A DNA stretch of 13,803 nt, from the NCBI GenBank assembly GCA_019828565.1, contig JAHDYR010000039.1, positions 1 to 13,803 of the forward strand. Direction: 5' to 3'. Shown piece by piece: positions 1-9,734 of this stretch (positions are counted from its first letter, which is position 1; each line of letters opens with the position of its first letter). Below the pieces are notes generated by a model, which worked only from the letters and a program-made list of their open reading frames with translations, was not told where the DNA came from and ran no database searches. The stretch comes from Carpediemonas membranifera BICM (lineage: Eukaryota > Protista > Fornicata). Made by a program: the position numbers and the translations under genes.

Positions 1-331
1 GACAGCCGTTCACGCATTCTCTCGCGCGTTTTATGCCGAGACGAGATCTCGAGGAAAAGGGGAAGAAAACCCCTCAAAGAAGTGATAACGGACAAAGTTT
101 ATGCGTAGAACGTGGTTGTGATGTTGGTTATTCATGATGGAGCTCGTATTCTGGGCACAAGAAGTCCGAGCGGAGACGAAGAGAAGAAAACGCCCGTATC
201 TCGCCAAGGAAGCGGAATTGGAGCTAATTAACCGCATTTTCGAAGCCTATGTAAGAAATAGCGGAAAAAGGGCACAAACCGCCAACTATTCCGAATCAAG
301 CCGAATGCATGACATAACCTGCACGGTTTGA
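1..331 (+). pseudogene. Possible decayed C-terminus of a Fanzor/TnpB-like nuclease (stops and frameshift)
   Basis: Frame 1 reads SRILSRVLCRD...EVITDKVYA*NV, where TDKVYA*NV keeps the D/A/N/hydrophobic spacing of RuvC-III RDxNAAxNI. Frame 2 continues ...KRRKRPYLAK, resembling the RPxYL tail of Fanzor1. Weak and interrupted. Confidence 0.2.
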
Positions 332-440
332 TGCAATCAGACAGAACACTGGTATGTATCGACTACTAGGAGGGGCAGGATCCCCAGGTAAGATACCCAT
401 GACACAGCGCGCTTATTTAGTGGTACCACGAGTCTTTTCG

Positions 441-485
441 AATCTGTAGAATCTTTGCGCAATCTAGAAAATCTTTAGAGAATTT
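441..485. repeat. Phased AATCT repeats (imperfect ~20-bp tandem unit)
   Basis: AATCT at 441, 450, 461 and 470, and AATTT at 481. Confidence 0.6.
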
Positions 486-486
486 C

Positions 487-734
487 CGTGGGTGGACTCC
501 ACGCCGGGCGATGGCTTAGGACGCTATGTCGTCAGCCTAGTCAACGGATACTATCCGGCGTACACGCAAGTCCCGTGTGCGCGACGGTCAGCCTCCTAAG
601 TTGAACTTAGTTGGCATCCCCGGATCACTGGTCATTCCCCAGCGATCGACGGTTATAGGGTCAGCACTCTTGGGCTATTCCCCCAAGACCTGATTAACAA
701 TGGTATCCTTTTCGTGATGCTCTTAACAGAGCAT
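487..734 (+). ncRNA. Putative structured non-coding RNA or mobile-element end (eight consecutive hairpins)
   Basis: Stems at 487-503, 507-533, 545-557, 558-582, 591-615, 623-647, 661-693 and 717-734. G-U pairs mostly favour the + strand. No credible ORF. Confidence 0.4.
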
Positions 735-1404
735 GGGGGGGAAGTGTCAGCCATTTATATATGAGATACGTATTTGATACGGTCTTGATCCGTCCAGCTC
801 GACACCCTTGTGTCGAGCTCTCTTTGTAAAGCCTTTTTCCTTAGTGATCACAGGTGCTACTGTCTCCACTGATAGATGATTCCAATCGCCCCATAGGCTC
901 TTCAGCCATCTCCGTGCACATTGTGCTTTCCTGTCCATACTGATAGCCTTGACTTGGCGACTCCGCGCCAAAATCGAGCGACCGAATTTTGGGTCCGCGC
1001 TTCTCGCGCCGGAGTCGTGTCGGCGCATCTACGCGCCCTCTCACTCGCAGAGTACTCCTCATTGAATGGCCAACTAACATATTCTCACTAAGCCCAAAGG
1101 GGGGGGGCGAGAACTTTATAGCTCAGACGGAATTTCTCTCAGCGTCGCATCTGCGCGCTGAACAGGTATCGCCTGCGGGATCTCGCCTGCCGCTCGTCTT
1201 GTTGAGCCGGATCCACCATCGTCGTTGCAGTGAATCTGCATTATGAGAAGGATCAGGACGATCCTTGACTTTGCTTGCTGAATCGTATCTAATAAATCTG
1301 CCAGCACAAAACCGACAAAACCGACTCCCGGGTGTCAATGGTGACCAATGTGGTCCACGACTGGCAGCCAGACTTGCTGGCTAGATAACACAATCATTCC
1401 AAAC

Positions 1405-1421
1405 GGGGGGGGGGGGGGGGG
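1405..1421 (+). repeat. G17 homopolymer
   Basis: 17 consecutive G. Shorter runs are G7 at 735-741 and G9 at 1099-1107. Confidence 0.9.
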
Positions 1422-2129
1422 AAGAACATTTCTGTATCCATCGAAAAGTTCGCTCGGGAACTCTGCCCGGTCTGCGTCTTGCAGTGCGTCGACATCGCGC
1501 TCGCGCAGACCTGAGCCCACGCCTAAGCTATCAGGGTAGTCAACAGGCTTACCTTACAGTAACCGGGGTCAGATACCAAGCACAGTAAATTTCTTTGTTT
1601 CTTTCTGACATCGCGCACGCGTGTCGAAATCCAAATTTCTGCGCCACGACTGACATAAACTGCCCGAGGCATCGACACCCCAGGCGTCCACGGTTCTGTG
1701 TAGAATCCAGGTGCGCCGATACCGCGTGCGAGCAGCGACGCCAGGCCGTCATGTTCAAAATGAGCAGGCAAGTATTGACACTTTTGTTTCGGCGTGATGA
1801 CATTCGTCGCCTGTTTTAATGTCGAGATAGCTTGCCCCAAACAATCACAAGGGTGGGGTTACTATCTGTTCCAACCGTCAGCTAAATGTTCTGCACGTGG
1901 CTTCTGCCGCCAGACTGATTCATGCACTCTGAATTTGAGGGCGCCAGTTTGTTCATGCACTTGACTGACCCAACCCTCACTGACGACTGCGATTCGCCAC
2001 AGCTGGACCAAGTCGATCCAAGATTGACCACCATTCGCGAAGTTCGGTCTGGGGCCCAAGTCATCTGACTCTAGCTCTTCGACCAAACAGCTGACAAATC
2101 CCTTTCTGCTTTTACTGTGCTAGTACAAA

Positions 2130-3033
2130 TCAACTACAGACACATTCGCTCGTAAAAATACCGAGGTAGTGCAGGTGGCAGTCGATTGAGTAGTCAACAT
2201 GCCCGACCCATGTGGGTTGACTCAGACTGCACGTCGGGTCCTCCCCCGACCCGTCACAGATACGGTAGTCTGACATGTCTTCGTTGTACCAGACCTCATT
2301 GGCGGCATGGTGGTATATGCCGAGCATGTGAGGTGGGACCATCGGCACAAGGTCCTGCCAGTGTACCACGCGGTAGTGCTCATCAAGGGTCCCCTCAACA
2401 AGGTCAACGTAGTCGGGGTTACCCACACGGGGCTCACCGAAGGTATACGTGCCGAGGAAGGTGTCTCTGTCAACGATACCCGAGGTGCGGAGGTCCACTG
2501 CACAAAGCGTCGCGATTGCTCCACCAAGGGAGTGCCCCGTTGTCCTAACGGCCGTAATGTCACCCTTTGCCATGAGCAGCTGCACCTCCCGCCGGATCTG
2601 CTCCTCCACAGCCCGGTAGGCGCGGGCAAAGCCATCATGGACCTTGCACTCAGGCCACTCGTCGAACTTCTCCTGCCATGCCTTGAAGTCTTCGACCCAG
2701 TTCTTGATGTCCACGGTCCCTCTGAAGGCGACGTGTAGGATCTTGCCGCTGTCGGTCTGCTCGGTCATTATTACGACAATGACGCTCTCGGCGTCGTCAC
2801 GGATTGAGTGAGCATAGTCGATCTGTGGAAGCTGCTTGCACATGGGGCAGCTCCACGAGTCAACAAGTTCATCGTTGTTGCAATACGCCTGTATAACAGG
2901 ATTTCGATTGAAAATGAAGACAAACGACACAAGCGAGCTCCATCGAATGATGGGCGTAGGCTTGGGAGTATTCAGCAACGACAGATGCAGCAAGAAGGGC
3001 AAAAATGACCCAAAAAGAAAGAATTCGCGGCAT
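2130..3033 (-). CDS. Secreted class 3 lipase (Lipase_3), 288 aa; exons 3033-2926 and 2888-2130
   Basis: GHSLG nucleophile motif, plus VAFRGT, VHDGF, YTFGEPRVGN, QDLVP (Asp) and CHLHY (His). Splicing gives a signal peptide MPRILSFWVIFALLAASVVA then EYSQAYAHHSMELACV|AYC. The ORF-track N-terminus is in the wrong frame. Confidence 0.92.
2889..2925 (-). other. 37-nt spliceosomal intron in the lipase gene
   Basis: GTTTGT...ATACAG; removal joins the signal-peptide exon in frame (phase 0). Confidence 0.85.
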
Positions 3034-3237
3034 TCGTTGCTTGGATAGAAGAATTGAGGTGACAAGTAGATCTGAGTCTCGATCCGAATCTCCTTATCAC
3101 ATCTCATAACCAGGTGTATCTAAATCTATCTCCATACCACATGACACTGGTGCATCCAGCATTTATCATCGGCGATGGCCACGTCAATGCTGTGGAGCAC
3201 CACCGGCAGGCCACAAGTTATTGTACACACCGGCCCC

Positions 3238-4122
3238 TCAGAATATGGTCGCCTCCGACGTCGACTGCCGCCCGAATGACACAACGCGGCCATGGCTCTC
3301 AGGCTCCAGCTCTGATCCCGAGGTGGTGCCGTAGTTGCCGATCTCAGCGAGCAGCGAGCTGTACTCGATTTCCTCCGCCCTGATGCGCTGTCTGCTATAC
3401 ACGAACGCGTTGAAGTACTTAGACACGAGCAGTGTTGTTGGGGCTGAGCTCAGGATGTGGAGGGCAACCGCGAGCAGGTAGAATGCGACCGTGATGATGA
3501 GGTACACCGGCTGGTACTTCCACGGCATACTGTCGGCGTCCCCGTCCATCATCTCCTCAAGAGTGACGTCTGCGGGGTCGTGCGAGAGGGAGAGGTACAC
3601 GTGGAACGCCGTCATGTAGACGGACAACACACATGCAACAACAATTGCGAGGACGCAGTGGATGAACGAGTAGCAGATGCACACCACGACAAGAATCTCT
3701 GGGAAGCGCTTGATGGAGGGCAGGACGACGGCTTCGCTGACGAGCACGATAGTTGCCCCGTAGGCGAGGAAGGGGCCATATGCCGCAACAACAGGCAGGC
3801 CATAGTATATGAGGCTGATGATGCAGAGCAGGATGGACACAATCGTGGCGATGGCGTGGACGGTGGCCATAAACACGCTGGTCTTGATGAAGTGACCGTG
3901 CCGTTCGACGAAGTGCCGCTTCTCTAGGAGCTCCAGCTTGTACTTAGGATTCTCGATGGCTTCATCAGAGCTCGATTCGTCTGTCTCTGCGATCACAGAC
4001 TGGCTTGGATTCCATCCACGGTGCTGCATCGAGTCCTTCCGCACAGAAAGCTCCGACTCGTCACTACTATCGACAAATGTCCCATTGAATGCATCCAGAA
4101 CGATTATACGAGGTTCGGCCAT
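3238..4122 (-). CDS. Uncharacterised four-TM membrane protein, 294 aa
   Basis: Four hydrophobic segments, acidic N-terminal tail, and a C-tail EYSSLL matching both [DE]xxxLL and YxxL sorting motifs. Confidence 0.75.
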   Translation of the reverse strand: MAEPRIIVLDAFNGTFVDSSDESELSVRKDSMQHRGWNPSQSVIAETDESSSDEAIENPKYKLELLEKRHFVERHGHFIKTSVFMATVHAIATIVSILLCIISLIYYGLPVVAAYGPFLAYGATIVLVSEAVVLPSIKRFPEILVVVCICYSFIHCVLAIVVACVLSVYMTAFHVYLSLSHDPADVTLEEMMDGDADSMPWKYQPVYLIITVAFYLLAVALHILSSAPTTLLVSKYFNAFVYSRQRIRAEEIEYSSLLAEIGNYGTTSGSELEPESHGRVVSFGRQSTSEATIF

Positions 4123-4241
4123 CCCGTTTTCTGCCGTTCGTTAGCTGCGGGCCTTGAATTACTCAAAACGATACGACGAGATTCGCCCTTACAGGTCGGA
4201 GTTCGCCACTGTCTGCCACCCCGTCTGGGGAAGATAGAAAT

Positions 4242-5768
4242 TTATTCACCCCGCAGGAAGGCACACACCTCGTCTGGGGTCAGCACCGGACAGGAAAGCC
4301 CGCGGTGAACGACAGTCCACGCTGCATCCTCGAGCTCGGTACCCACCGTAGTGTCGTCCACGATGCCTCGCCCCATGACAGTCGCCCCGACCACTCCGAG
4401 CAGGATCTGGGCCGTGGCGCTCTGGCCCTTGGTCAGGACAGCTCGGGCGGAGTGGAAGCCGACCGTGCGGATGGCGTGGACGACAACGGGGGTCACGGCC
4501 GCAGAGATGAGCGCCTCCTCGACACCGGGGGCCTCGGACATGAGCATCCCGACGGTCGCCGTGGCAGCATTGAAGGCCTTCGGGATCCTTGCGACCTGAC
4601 CCTCTGAGAACTGCACCGCTTCGCCCTCGGTCACAGTTTTGATGAATTCAAGGAGACCCTGTCCCGCGTGTGGGGTTCCCATGAGTGTCCGCAGCATCTG
4701 CACCAGTCGACCGACAGTCCCGACCACCAGCGACGTCGGCCCGACTGTGACCAGGTCCTCGTCGAGCAGACCCATCAGCTTGGTCGAGACGCTGCGGTTG
4801 ATGGCGGCCACGGCGCCCCTCAGCATGGCATCTCCCACCCGCCGGGTGGCCGCGGCCAGACGAGCCCTGACGTCAGCTGGTAGGTCCAGGTCCGCATCCT
4901 CGTCCCCAGCACCCTCCTCGTCGGCCACGCCGTCCGCAGGGGCGGCGCCCTCCTCCTGCAGGGCGATGACAACCTGCCCGCAGAGCACTGCGGCCACGAG
5001 CTCCTCCTGTGGGGTCGTCAGGTGGTGCAGGGGGTCTAGACTCTGGGCGATCAGCGCGTCCTCGATGCTCTCTGTCGAGGGGGACTGGCCTGACTCGAGC
5101 TCCATGGCTCTCAGCCGGCGGAGACAGTTCCAAAGCTGGGTCGCCCGACCCACGAAGTCTGCAGTCGCGGCCCTGAGACCAGGCAGGGCAGAAGCGATTG
5201 ACGGGAGGGGGGAGAAGCTGATGGTCGCCAGGTCGGTCCTAAACTGCCGCGACCCTTCGACCGGGGAGAACAGTCGCCGGACAGAGGCCGCGGAGTCCTC
5301 GGTGATCTGTGCTATACGCTCCTTCAGTTCGAATGCGGCCTCCAGCCCCTTGAGGTCGCGGTACTCAGCATGGAGCATCCGGACTCTGGCGTGGTGGGGC
5401 TCGAGGGCCTCAGTGATCTCCGTGCCGCGCTGACTGATACGGGTTATCGACTCCTTCAGCTGACCGACCTGCTCTTGCATGCGCACACTGTCGTCCAGCA
5501 TGAGGTTGAGGGTCTTTGTGGCAGCAAGGAACTTTGAGTAGTTCTCGTACACCAGAGACTGCAGCTTGCCGTCCAGCTGGACTATGTCGGTGCTAAGTCC
5601 ATTCGCTGTTTGAATGAGCTCTCCTATTGTCTGTGTTCCGAAGACTTCGGCCAGGTAGCGTTCGGAATCGAAGTTTGTCGAGTCTAAGTTCGTTGATTTG
5701 GGAGACTGCGAGGACAGCTTTGTCTCTGGCTTGTGATATGCCTGCAAAAGTGACTCTATACGGGACAT
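4242..5768 (-). CDS. VPS51: Vps51/Vps67-family subunit of the GARP/EARP tethering complex, 508 aa
   Basis: LDSTNFDSERYL...LDGKLQSLVYENYSKFLAATKTL matches the Vps51 N-terminal signature (LVYENYxKFIxAT), followed by coiled coil. Confidence 0.8.
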   Translation of the reverse strand: MSRIESLLQAYHKPETKLSSQSPKSTNLDSTNFDSERYLAEVFGTQTIGELIQTANGLSTDIVQLDGKLQSLVYENYSKFLAATKTLNLMLDDSVRMQEQVGQLKESITRISQRGTEITEALEPHHARVRMLHAEYRDLKGLEAAFELKERIAQITEDSAASVRRLFSPVEGSRQFRTDLATISFSPLPSIASALPGLRAATADFVGRATQLWNCLRRLRAMELESGQSPSTESIEDALIAQSLDPLHHLTTPQEELVAAVLCGQVVIALQEEGAAPADGVADEEGAGDEDADLDLPADVRARLAAATRRVGDAMLRGAVAAINRSVSTKLMGLLDEDLVTVGPTSLVVGTVGRLVQMLRTLMGTPHAGQGLLEFIKTVTEGEAVQFSEGQVARIPKAFNAATATVGMLMSEAPGVEEALISAAVTPVVVHAIRTVGFHSARAVLTKGQSATAQILLGVVGATVMGRGIVDDTTVGTELEDAAWTVVHRGLSCPVLTPDEVCAFLRGE

Positions 5769-5965
5769 TATGATTCAAGACTGCGTCCTGCGGCCACACG
5801 CTCTTTGACGCTCGTTTTGTTCAGTATCCTGCGCAATCTTGAAGCGTCGCATTTAGGGTCGCAGTAAGGCATGTAGCGTGCCAAAGCGTCTGTTTTAGAC
5901 TCGATCACCAGTCTTATCTTGTGTAGCAGCGGTTTGACTGGGTCATTGTTCTCGGCACAAAACCG

Positions 5966-7909
5966 ATGCTGTCGACATTGGCGCTCAAGGCGCGTGTCAT
6001 GTTGGCAAACAGAGCCTTTACAACACGAATACTAACATTATCGTCACTTCTCGCTGTAACGTTGCTGGTACTGGTCTTAATCGCCGTGAGCACAAACACA
6101 AGCCTTTTTCGCCAAAAGGAGGAGCTCATCGTGTACCCAGAGCCTCCGATAGACACATCGTTGCCACATATCGTCATAATTGGAGCAGGGCTCACGGGTC
6201 TCGGCGCTGCGCACCGGCTTCGCGAGCTCGGCTTCGAGCGCTACCAGGTGCATGAGGCAGGGCAGCAGATAGCAGGTGCGGAGGCCGACGGACTGGGCTT
6301 CGTATGGGACTTCGGGGCGCTCGAGCTCTCGTCGCACTACGCGTACTTCGATGGGCTGCTCGAATCCGTGCTCGAACACGACCAGGACCGCCACACACGC
6401 GTCGCCTGGCTTGTCGAGGATGACGCCGAGACCTCCGTCGACTTCGAAACCGCAGAAGTGCCGCCTCATCTGGAGCGCTTCAAGCGGCTGACCGCCGCGG
6501 GCCCCGACTTCGTTTATCCGCACGTCGGCAGCAGCAACGAGCTCGCCGCGCGGCTTGCAGCCGACCAGGCGACAGTCGAGTTCAGCAGCACCGTTGTTGC
6601 GATCGACCCGATCAACCGCCTCGTTTCGCTGGAGCGCGGAGGCGCGACGACCGTGCAGCCGTACGGCAAGCTCATCAGCACGCTGCCCCTGCCCAACCTG
6701 CTGCGGCTCGTCGCGGACTGCCCGCACACGCCGAGGACCGTCGCCCGCCGCTTTGGAGAGCACGCGAACAGCCTGACGTGCGACGCTGGCCGCGTGGTCG
6801 GTCTCGGCGTGGAGGGCGCGCTCCCGGACGCACTAGCCGACGCTCACTGGTTTGCCGTCGCGGGCCACGACCGTGTCTGGCGCGTGACGGTTCTCAGCAA
6901 CTACGCCAGCACGATGGCGCCCGCGGGCCACTACAGCCTGCTCGTCGAGATCGACGCGCCATACGCCGATGAGAATGAGGTCATCGAGGAGGCCGCCGCG
7001 TTCGCCGCGCAGCACGGCTTCATTGAGGCCTCAGGCAAGATTGTCTCGCGCCGTGTCGCGAGCGAGCGTTGCACACCCGCGGACGCCACCGACATTCTCA
7101 CAGACGTCCAGCCGTGGCTCGTCGAGCACGACATCCTCTCGCGCGGCAGGCTGGGCGGCTGGAAGGCCGACGTCGCCAACAGCGACCACCTCTTCATGCA
7201 GGGCGTCGAAGCCGCAGACGCCTCCCTCGCTGGCGTCCCCGAGATGACCTACTTCCACCCCGACTTCGTCAACGACCCCGCCCGCGGCAAGCTCACCGGC
7301 CGGCCCAACCAGCGAGCGTACTCCTCATTCCGGGGCACCTCGGGCCAGCAGCCTATGCTACACCGGGAGCAGGGCAATCTGAGGCGGATCATGGTCTCTG
7401 GGCTGCTCGACTACTTCCAGGGCCCACGGGACCCTCCGGCCAACGACATCCCCGTGCTCGTGGTGCTGGCAGGAAGCTGTGCTGCTGTCCCCACCATCGC
7501 CAGCTTCGTCGGTGTCCTGCAGACCGGTCAGGACTTCGACTTCGCCACGGTCGGCCAGCACGTCGACCGGCGCATGTTTGACGAGCCGTGGTCGCCGCAC
7601 GTCGTGGCGTACTCGGCCGCAAACAGGGCGACCAACTGGCTCATCAGCCGACTCATCCTGCCGGAGAACACGGCGGCCTATAGGTTCATCGCGGTCCTGG
7701 AAGAGTGCGAGGCGGCCAATCCATTCGATCTGCACGCGTCATACCATGATATGGACGCCATGTCGATCGAATCTGATATTCAGTTTCTCAAGATCGGGAA
7801 CGGTCACAACACCATGTTTGATCGCAAGTTCTTCTTCGACGCTGTTGTGCCCGAGCTGTTAGCACACCAGGACCAGGATTTCGGCAGTCTGGGGCTGAAC
7901 TGGAGCTGA
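5966..7909 (+). CDS. UDP-galactopyranose mutase-like flavoprotein with N-terminal TM anchor and C-terminal extra domain, 647 aa
   Basis: IVIIGAGLTGLGAA (FAD), GFVWDFG...SHYAYFD, RVTVLSNY, SRGRLGGWK..VANSDHLFMQGVEA and HPDFVN parallel eukaryotic UGM motifs. Hydrophobic helix at about aa 22-41. Confidence 0.75.
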   Translation: MLSTLALKARVMLANRAFTTRILTLSSLLAVTLLVLVLIAVSTNTSLFRQKEELIVYPEPPIDTSLPHIVIIGAGLTGLGAAHRLRELGFERYQVHEAGQQIAGAEADGLGFVWDFGALELSSHYAYFDGLLESVLEHDQDRHTRVAWLVEDDAETSVDFETAEVPPHLERFKRLTAAGPDFVYPHVGSSNELAARLAADQATVEFSSTVVAIDPINRLVSLERGGATTVQPYGKLISTLPLPNLLRLVADCPHTPRTVARRFGEHANSLTCDAGRVVGLGVEGALPDALADAHWFAVAGHDRVWRVTVLSNYASTMAPAGHYSLLVEIDAPYADENEVIEEAAAFAAQHGFIEASGKIVSRRVASERCTPADATDILTDVQPWLVEHDILSRGRLGGWKADVANSDHLFMQGVEAADASLAGVPEMTYFHPDFVNDPARGKLTGRPNQRAYSSFRGTSGQQPMLHREQGNLRRIMVSGLLDYFQGPRDPPANDIPVLVVLAGSCAAVPTIASFVGVLQTGQDFDFATVGQHVDRRMFDEPWSPHVVAYSAANRATNWLISRLILPENTAAYRFIAVLEECEAANPFDLHASYHDMDAMSIESDIQFLKIGNGHNTMFDRKFFFDAVVPELLAHQDQDFGSLGLNWS

Positions 7910-7996
7910 AAGGGCACCGCTCTCAGCGCAGGAATAGCCGCCCAGAATTAGAAACGAGATCAACTTGGGTTTGGCTCAGTAAAAAGCATCTTCTCT

Positions 7997-9517
7997 TTAT
8001 CTCACGAGTATGAATTGGACGGGCCGCATGTACTCCACCGTCTCGACCTGCACCACACCGTCCCCCATGCCGGCAGCGAAGGTGTCGGGCATCTCCGGGG
8101 GCATCACCGTCCCTTCGGCCAGCCGGGCGGCGTACTGGGGGCCGACGTAGTAGACGCGGAGGTCGTTCTCGTCATCGTTGACAAACACCCCAGTGACGTC
8201 CACCGGCACATCCACCTTAGTCCACTCTGTCACACAGTCACACGCGGGAACCCCGAGCTGGCCGTGGTCGTTGGTTCCGAGCACCCACATCTCTCCGGAC
8301 GTCGACCGGGCGAAGAACACACCGTGGACCCAGTCCTCGAACAGCCCGAAGGACTGGACCTCCATGGGGAACACCACACGGGTCGGGGTCTTCAGGATGT
8401 TGACCGGGGACTGCTCCATGCACGCGGCGATGGCGAGACCTCTGACCTGGCCGGAGATGAAGACCTCGCCGCCGTGCGTCTGGATGGTTCTCACTGTCTG
8501 CCACTGGAGCTGATCGCCAGGGTCCACGGCGATGGGGCGGGCCTTAAACTGCGTCTGGGGCTGACGGTTGGTGTCGAAGCCGAGCTGGCAGTACTCGTTG
8601 TTGCCAGCGACGAGGCACTGCTTGCCGGTGAAGATAGCAACACCGAACTCAGCGATGGTGATGGTCGTTGACTCGTCGAGACTGACACCTTCGGGCATGG
8701 GGACGGCGGAGAACTGCTCGACCTTGAAGGATTCGGTCACCACGCCGAGCTTACCGTGGTTGTTCCATCCCTTGGCTGCCAGACCGCCCGGGGAGAGAAC
8801 GAAAGTGCAGGATTTGTCATGCCATACGTTGGTGATCGCCTCGTGCTTCCGCCACAAGGGGAGCCTGTCCTCAAGGGCCGCAATGGCAGGGGCGTTCGCA
8901 AAGGAGACTCGCTGGTAGCTATCAACGCCGGAGAACTCGTATAGCCCGCGGGCGGTGAGGGCGAGGGCCATCTTCCCAGCACAGTAGAAGAAGCGCAGGG
9001 CGGGGGGGATGGGGACTCGGGTGTGGGCCTTCATGTCGATCACACGCCCCTGGTACGAGGAGAGATGCATGCTGGTCTTGCGATCATGGAAGTCGAACGC
9101 GTTGTTGCTCTTGGAAGCTTCCGTGTCAACAAAGGCAAACTTCCGGCACAAGAACCAGGCACTGGGGTCCTGCTGCTTCATAATCGCCCAGATAGTACCC
9201 TGCATGAGGGTGTGGAGGGCGTCCGGCAGCTTTCCCTCGATGTTGATGGAGGTTGGGGGGTGTGCAAGCGTGACGAGGGCGGATGAAACGAGGGAGGTGG
9301 CCGCATGGAACTCGGGGAGCTGGGCACAGATGTTTTCAAGGTTGCCTTGGAGGTCAGTGACAGATCTATCGCCCTGAGATGCGTCGGTTGCGAGTTCTGG
9401 GGCGTCGGCGTCTGTGAGCTTGACGTAAGCAGCACGAAGAACACCGGGCACGTTGCCAGGTATGTTAGAGGTTAATATATCAGCAAGAGCGATGGATTCG
9501 GCGAGAAGCTCAGCCAT
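7997..9517 (-). CDS. RCC1/BLIP-II repeat protein, 506 aa
   Basis: Repeats KGWNNHGKLG, VAGNNEYCQLG and VLGTNDHGQLG (GxNxxGQLG); helical N-terminal region. Confidence 0.8.
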   Translation of the reverse strand: MAELLAESIALADILTSNIPGNVPGVLRAAYVKLTDADAPELATDASQGDRSVTDLQGNLENICAQLPEFHAATSLVSSALVTLAHPPTSINIEGKLPDALHTLMQGTIWAIMKQQDPSAWFLCRKFAFVDTEASKSNNAFDFHDRKTSMHLSSYQGRVIDMKAHTRVPIPPALRFFYCAGKMALALTARGLYEFSGVDSYQRVSFANAPAIAALEDRLPLWRKHEAITNVWHDKSCTFVLSPGGLAAKGWNNHGKLGVVTESFKVEQFSAVPMPEGVSLDESTTITIAEFGVAIFTGKQCLVAGNNEYCQLGFDTNRQPQTQFKARPIAVDPGDQLQWQTVRTIQTHGGEVFISGQVRGLAIAACMEQSPVNILKTPTRVVFPMEVQSFGLFEDWVHGVFFARSTSGEMWVLGTNDHGQLGVPACDCVTEWTKVDVPVDVTGVFVNDDENDLRVYYVGPQYAARLAEGTVMPPEMPDTFAAGMGDGVVQVETVEYMRPVQFILVR

Positions 9518-9734
9518 GGCGTCGTGCTGTCCAATTTTGTCGATAAGGTCGAGTTACCAAGCGACTCAAGTCCAGTCAAGCGGAGTCTCGCACGCACACA
9601 CGCCACACGCACTCCTCGAGGAAGACTATATTTTCGGAGAGGACGTCCGGCTCCTCGACGTAGATTGGCGAGACACGCCTCGCCGAAAGAAAACACGACA
9701 ATGATCACAACTCGATTTATGTATGCCCATTATA

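Noticed and set aside
270-395. U1 snRNA on the minus strand (TATCTTACCTGG, later ATTGCAT)
   Set aside because: No U1-70K loop, no helix H or cloverleaf, and no convincing Sm site.
587-655. HDV-like ribozyme or RNase MRP/P core
   Set aside because: P1/P2 partners and P4 complementarity could not be built.
694-751. LTR-retrotransposon PBS (TTAACA-A-TGGTATC) and PPT (G7AAG-TGT)
   Set aside because: No pair of direct terminal repeats, and the tRNA match is only 7 nt.
487-751. CRISPR array
   Set aside because: The recurring unit is only 6 nt, spacing is irregular (56, 73, 86) and hairpin sequences differ.
3034-3107. ORF-track N-terminus of the lipase
   Set aside because: Read-through of intron and upstream sequence; the spliced model gives a proper signal peptide.
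4639-5433. 264-aa + strand ORF and similar antisense ORFs (6077-6763, 8015-8671, 9968-10621)
   Set aside because: Shadow ORFs opposite GC3-rich real genes, with no recognisable motifs.
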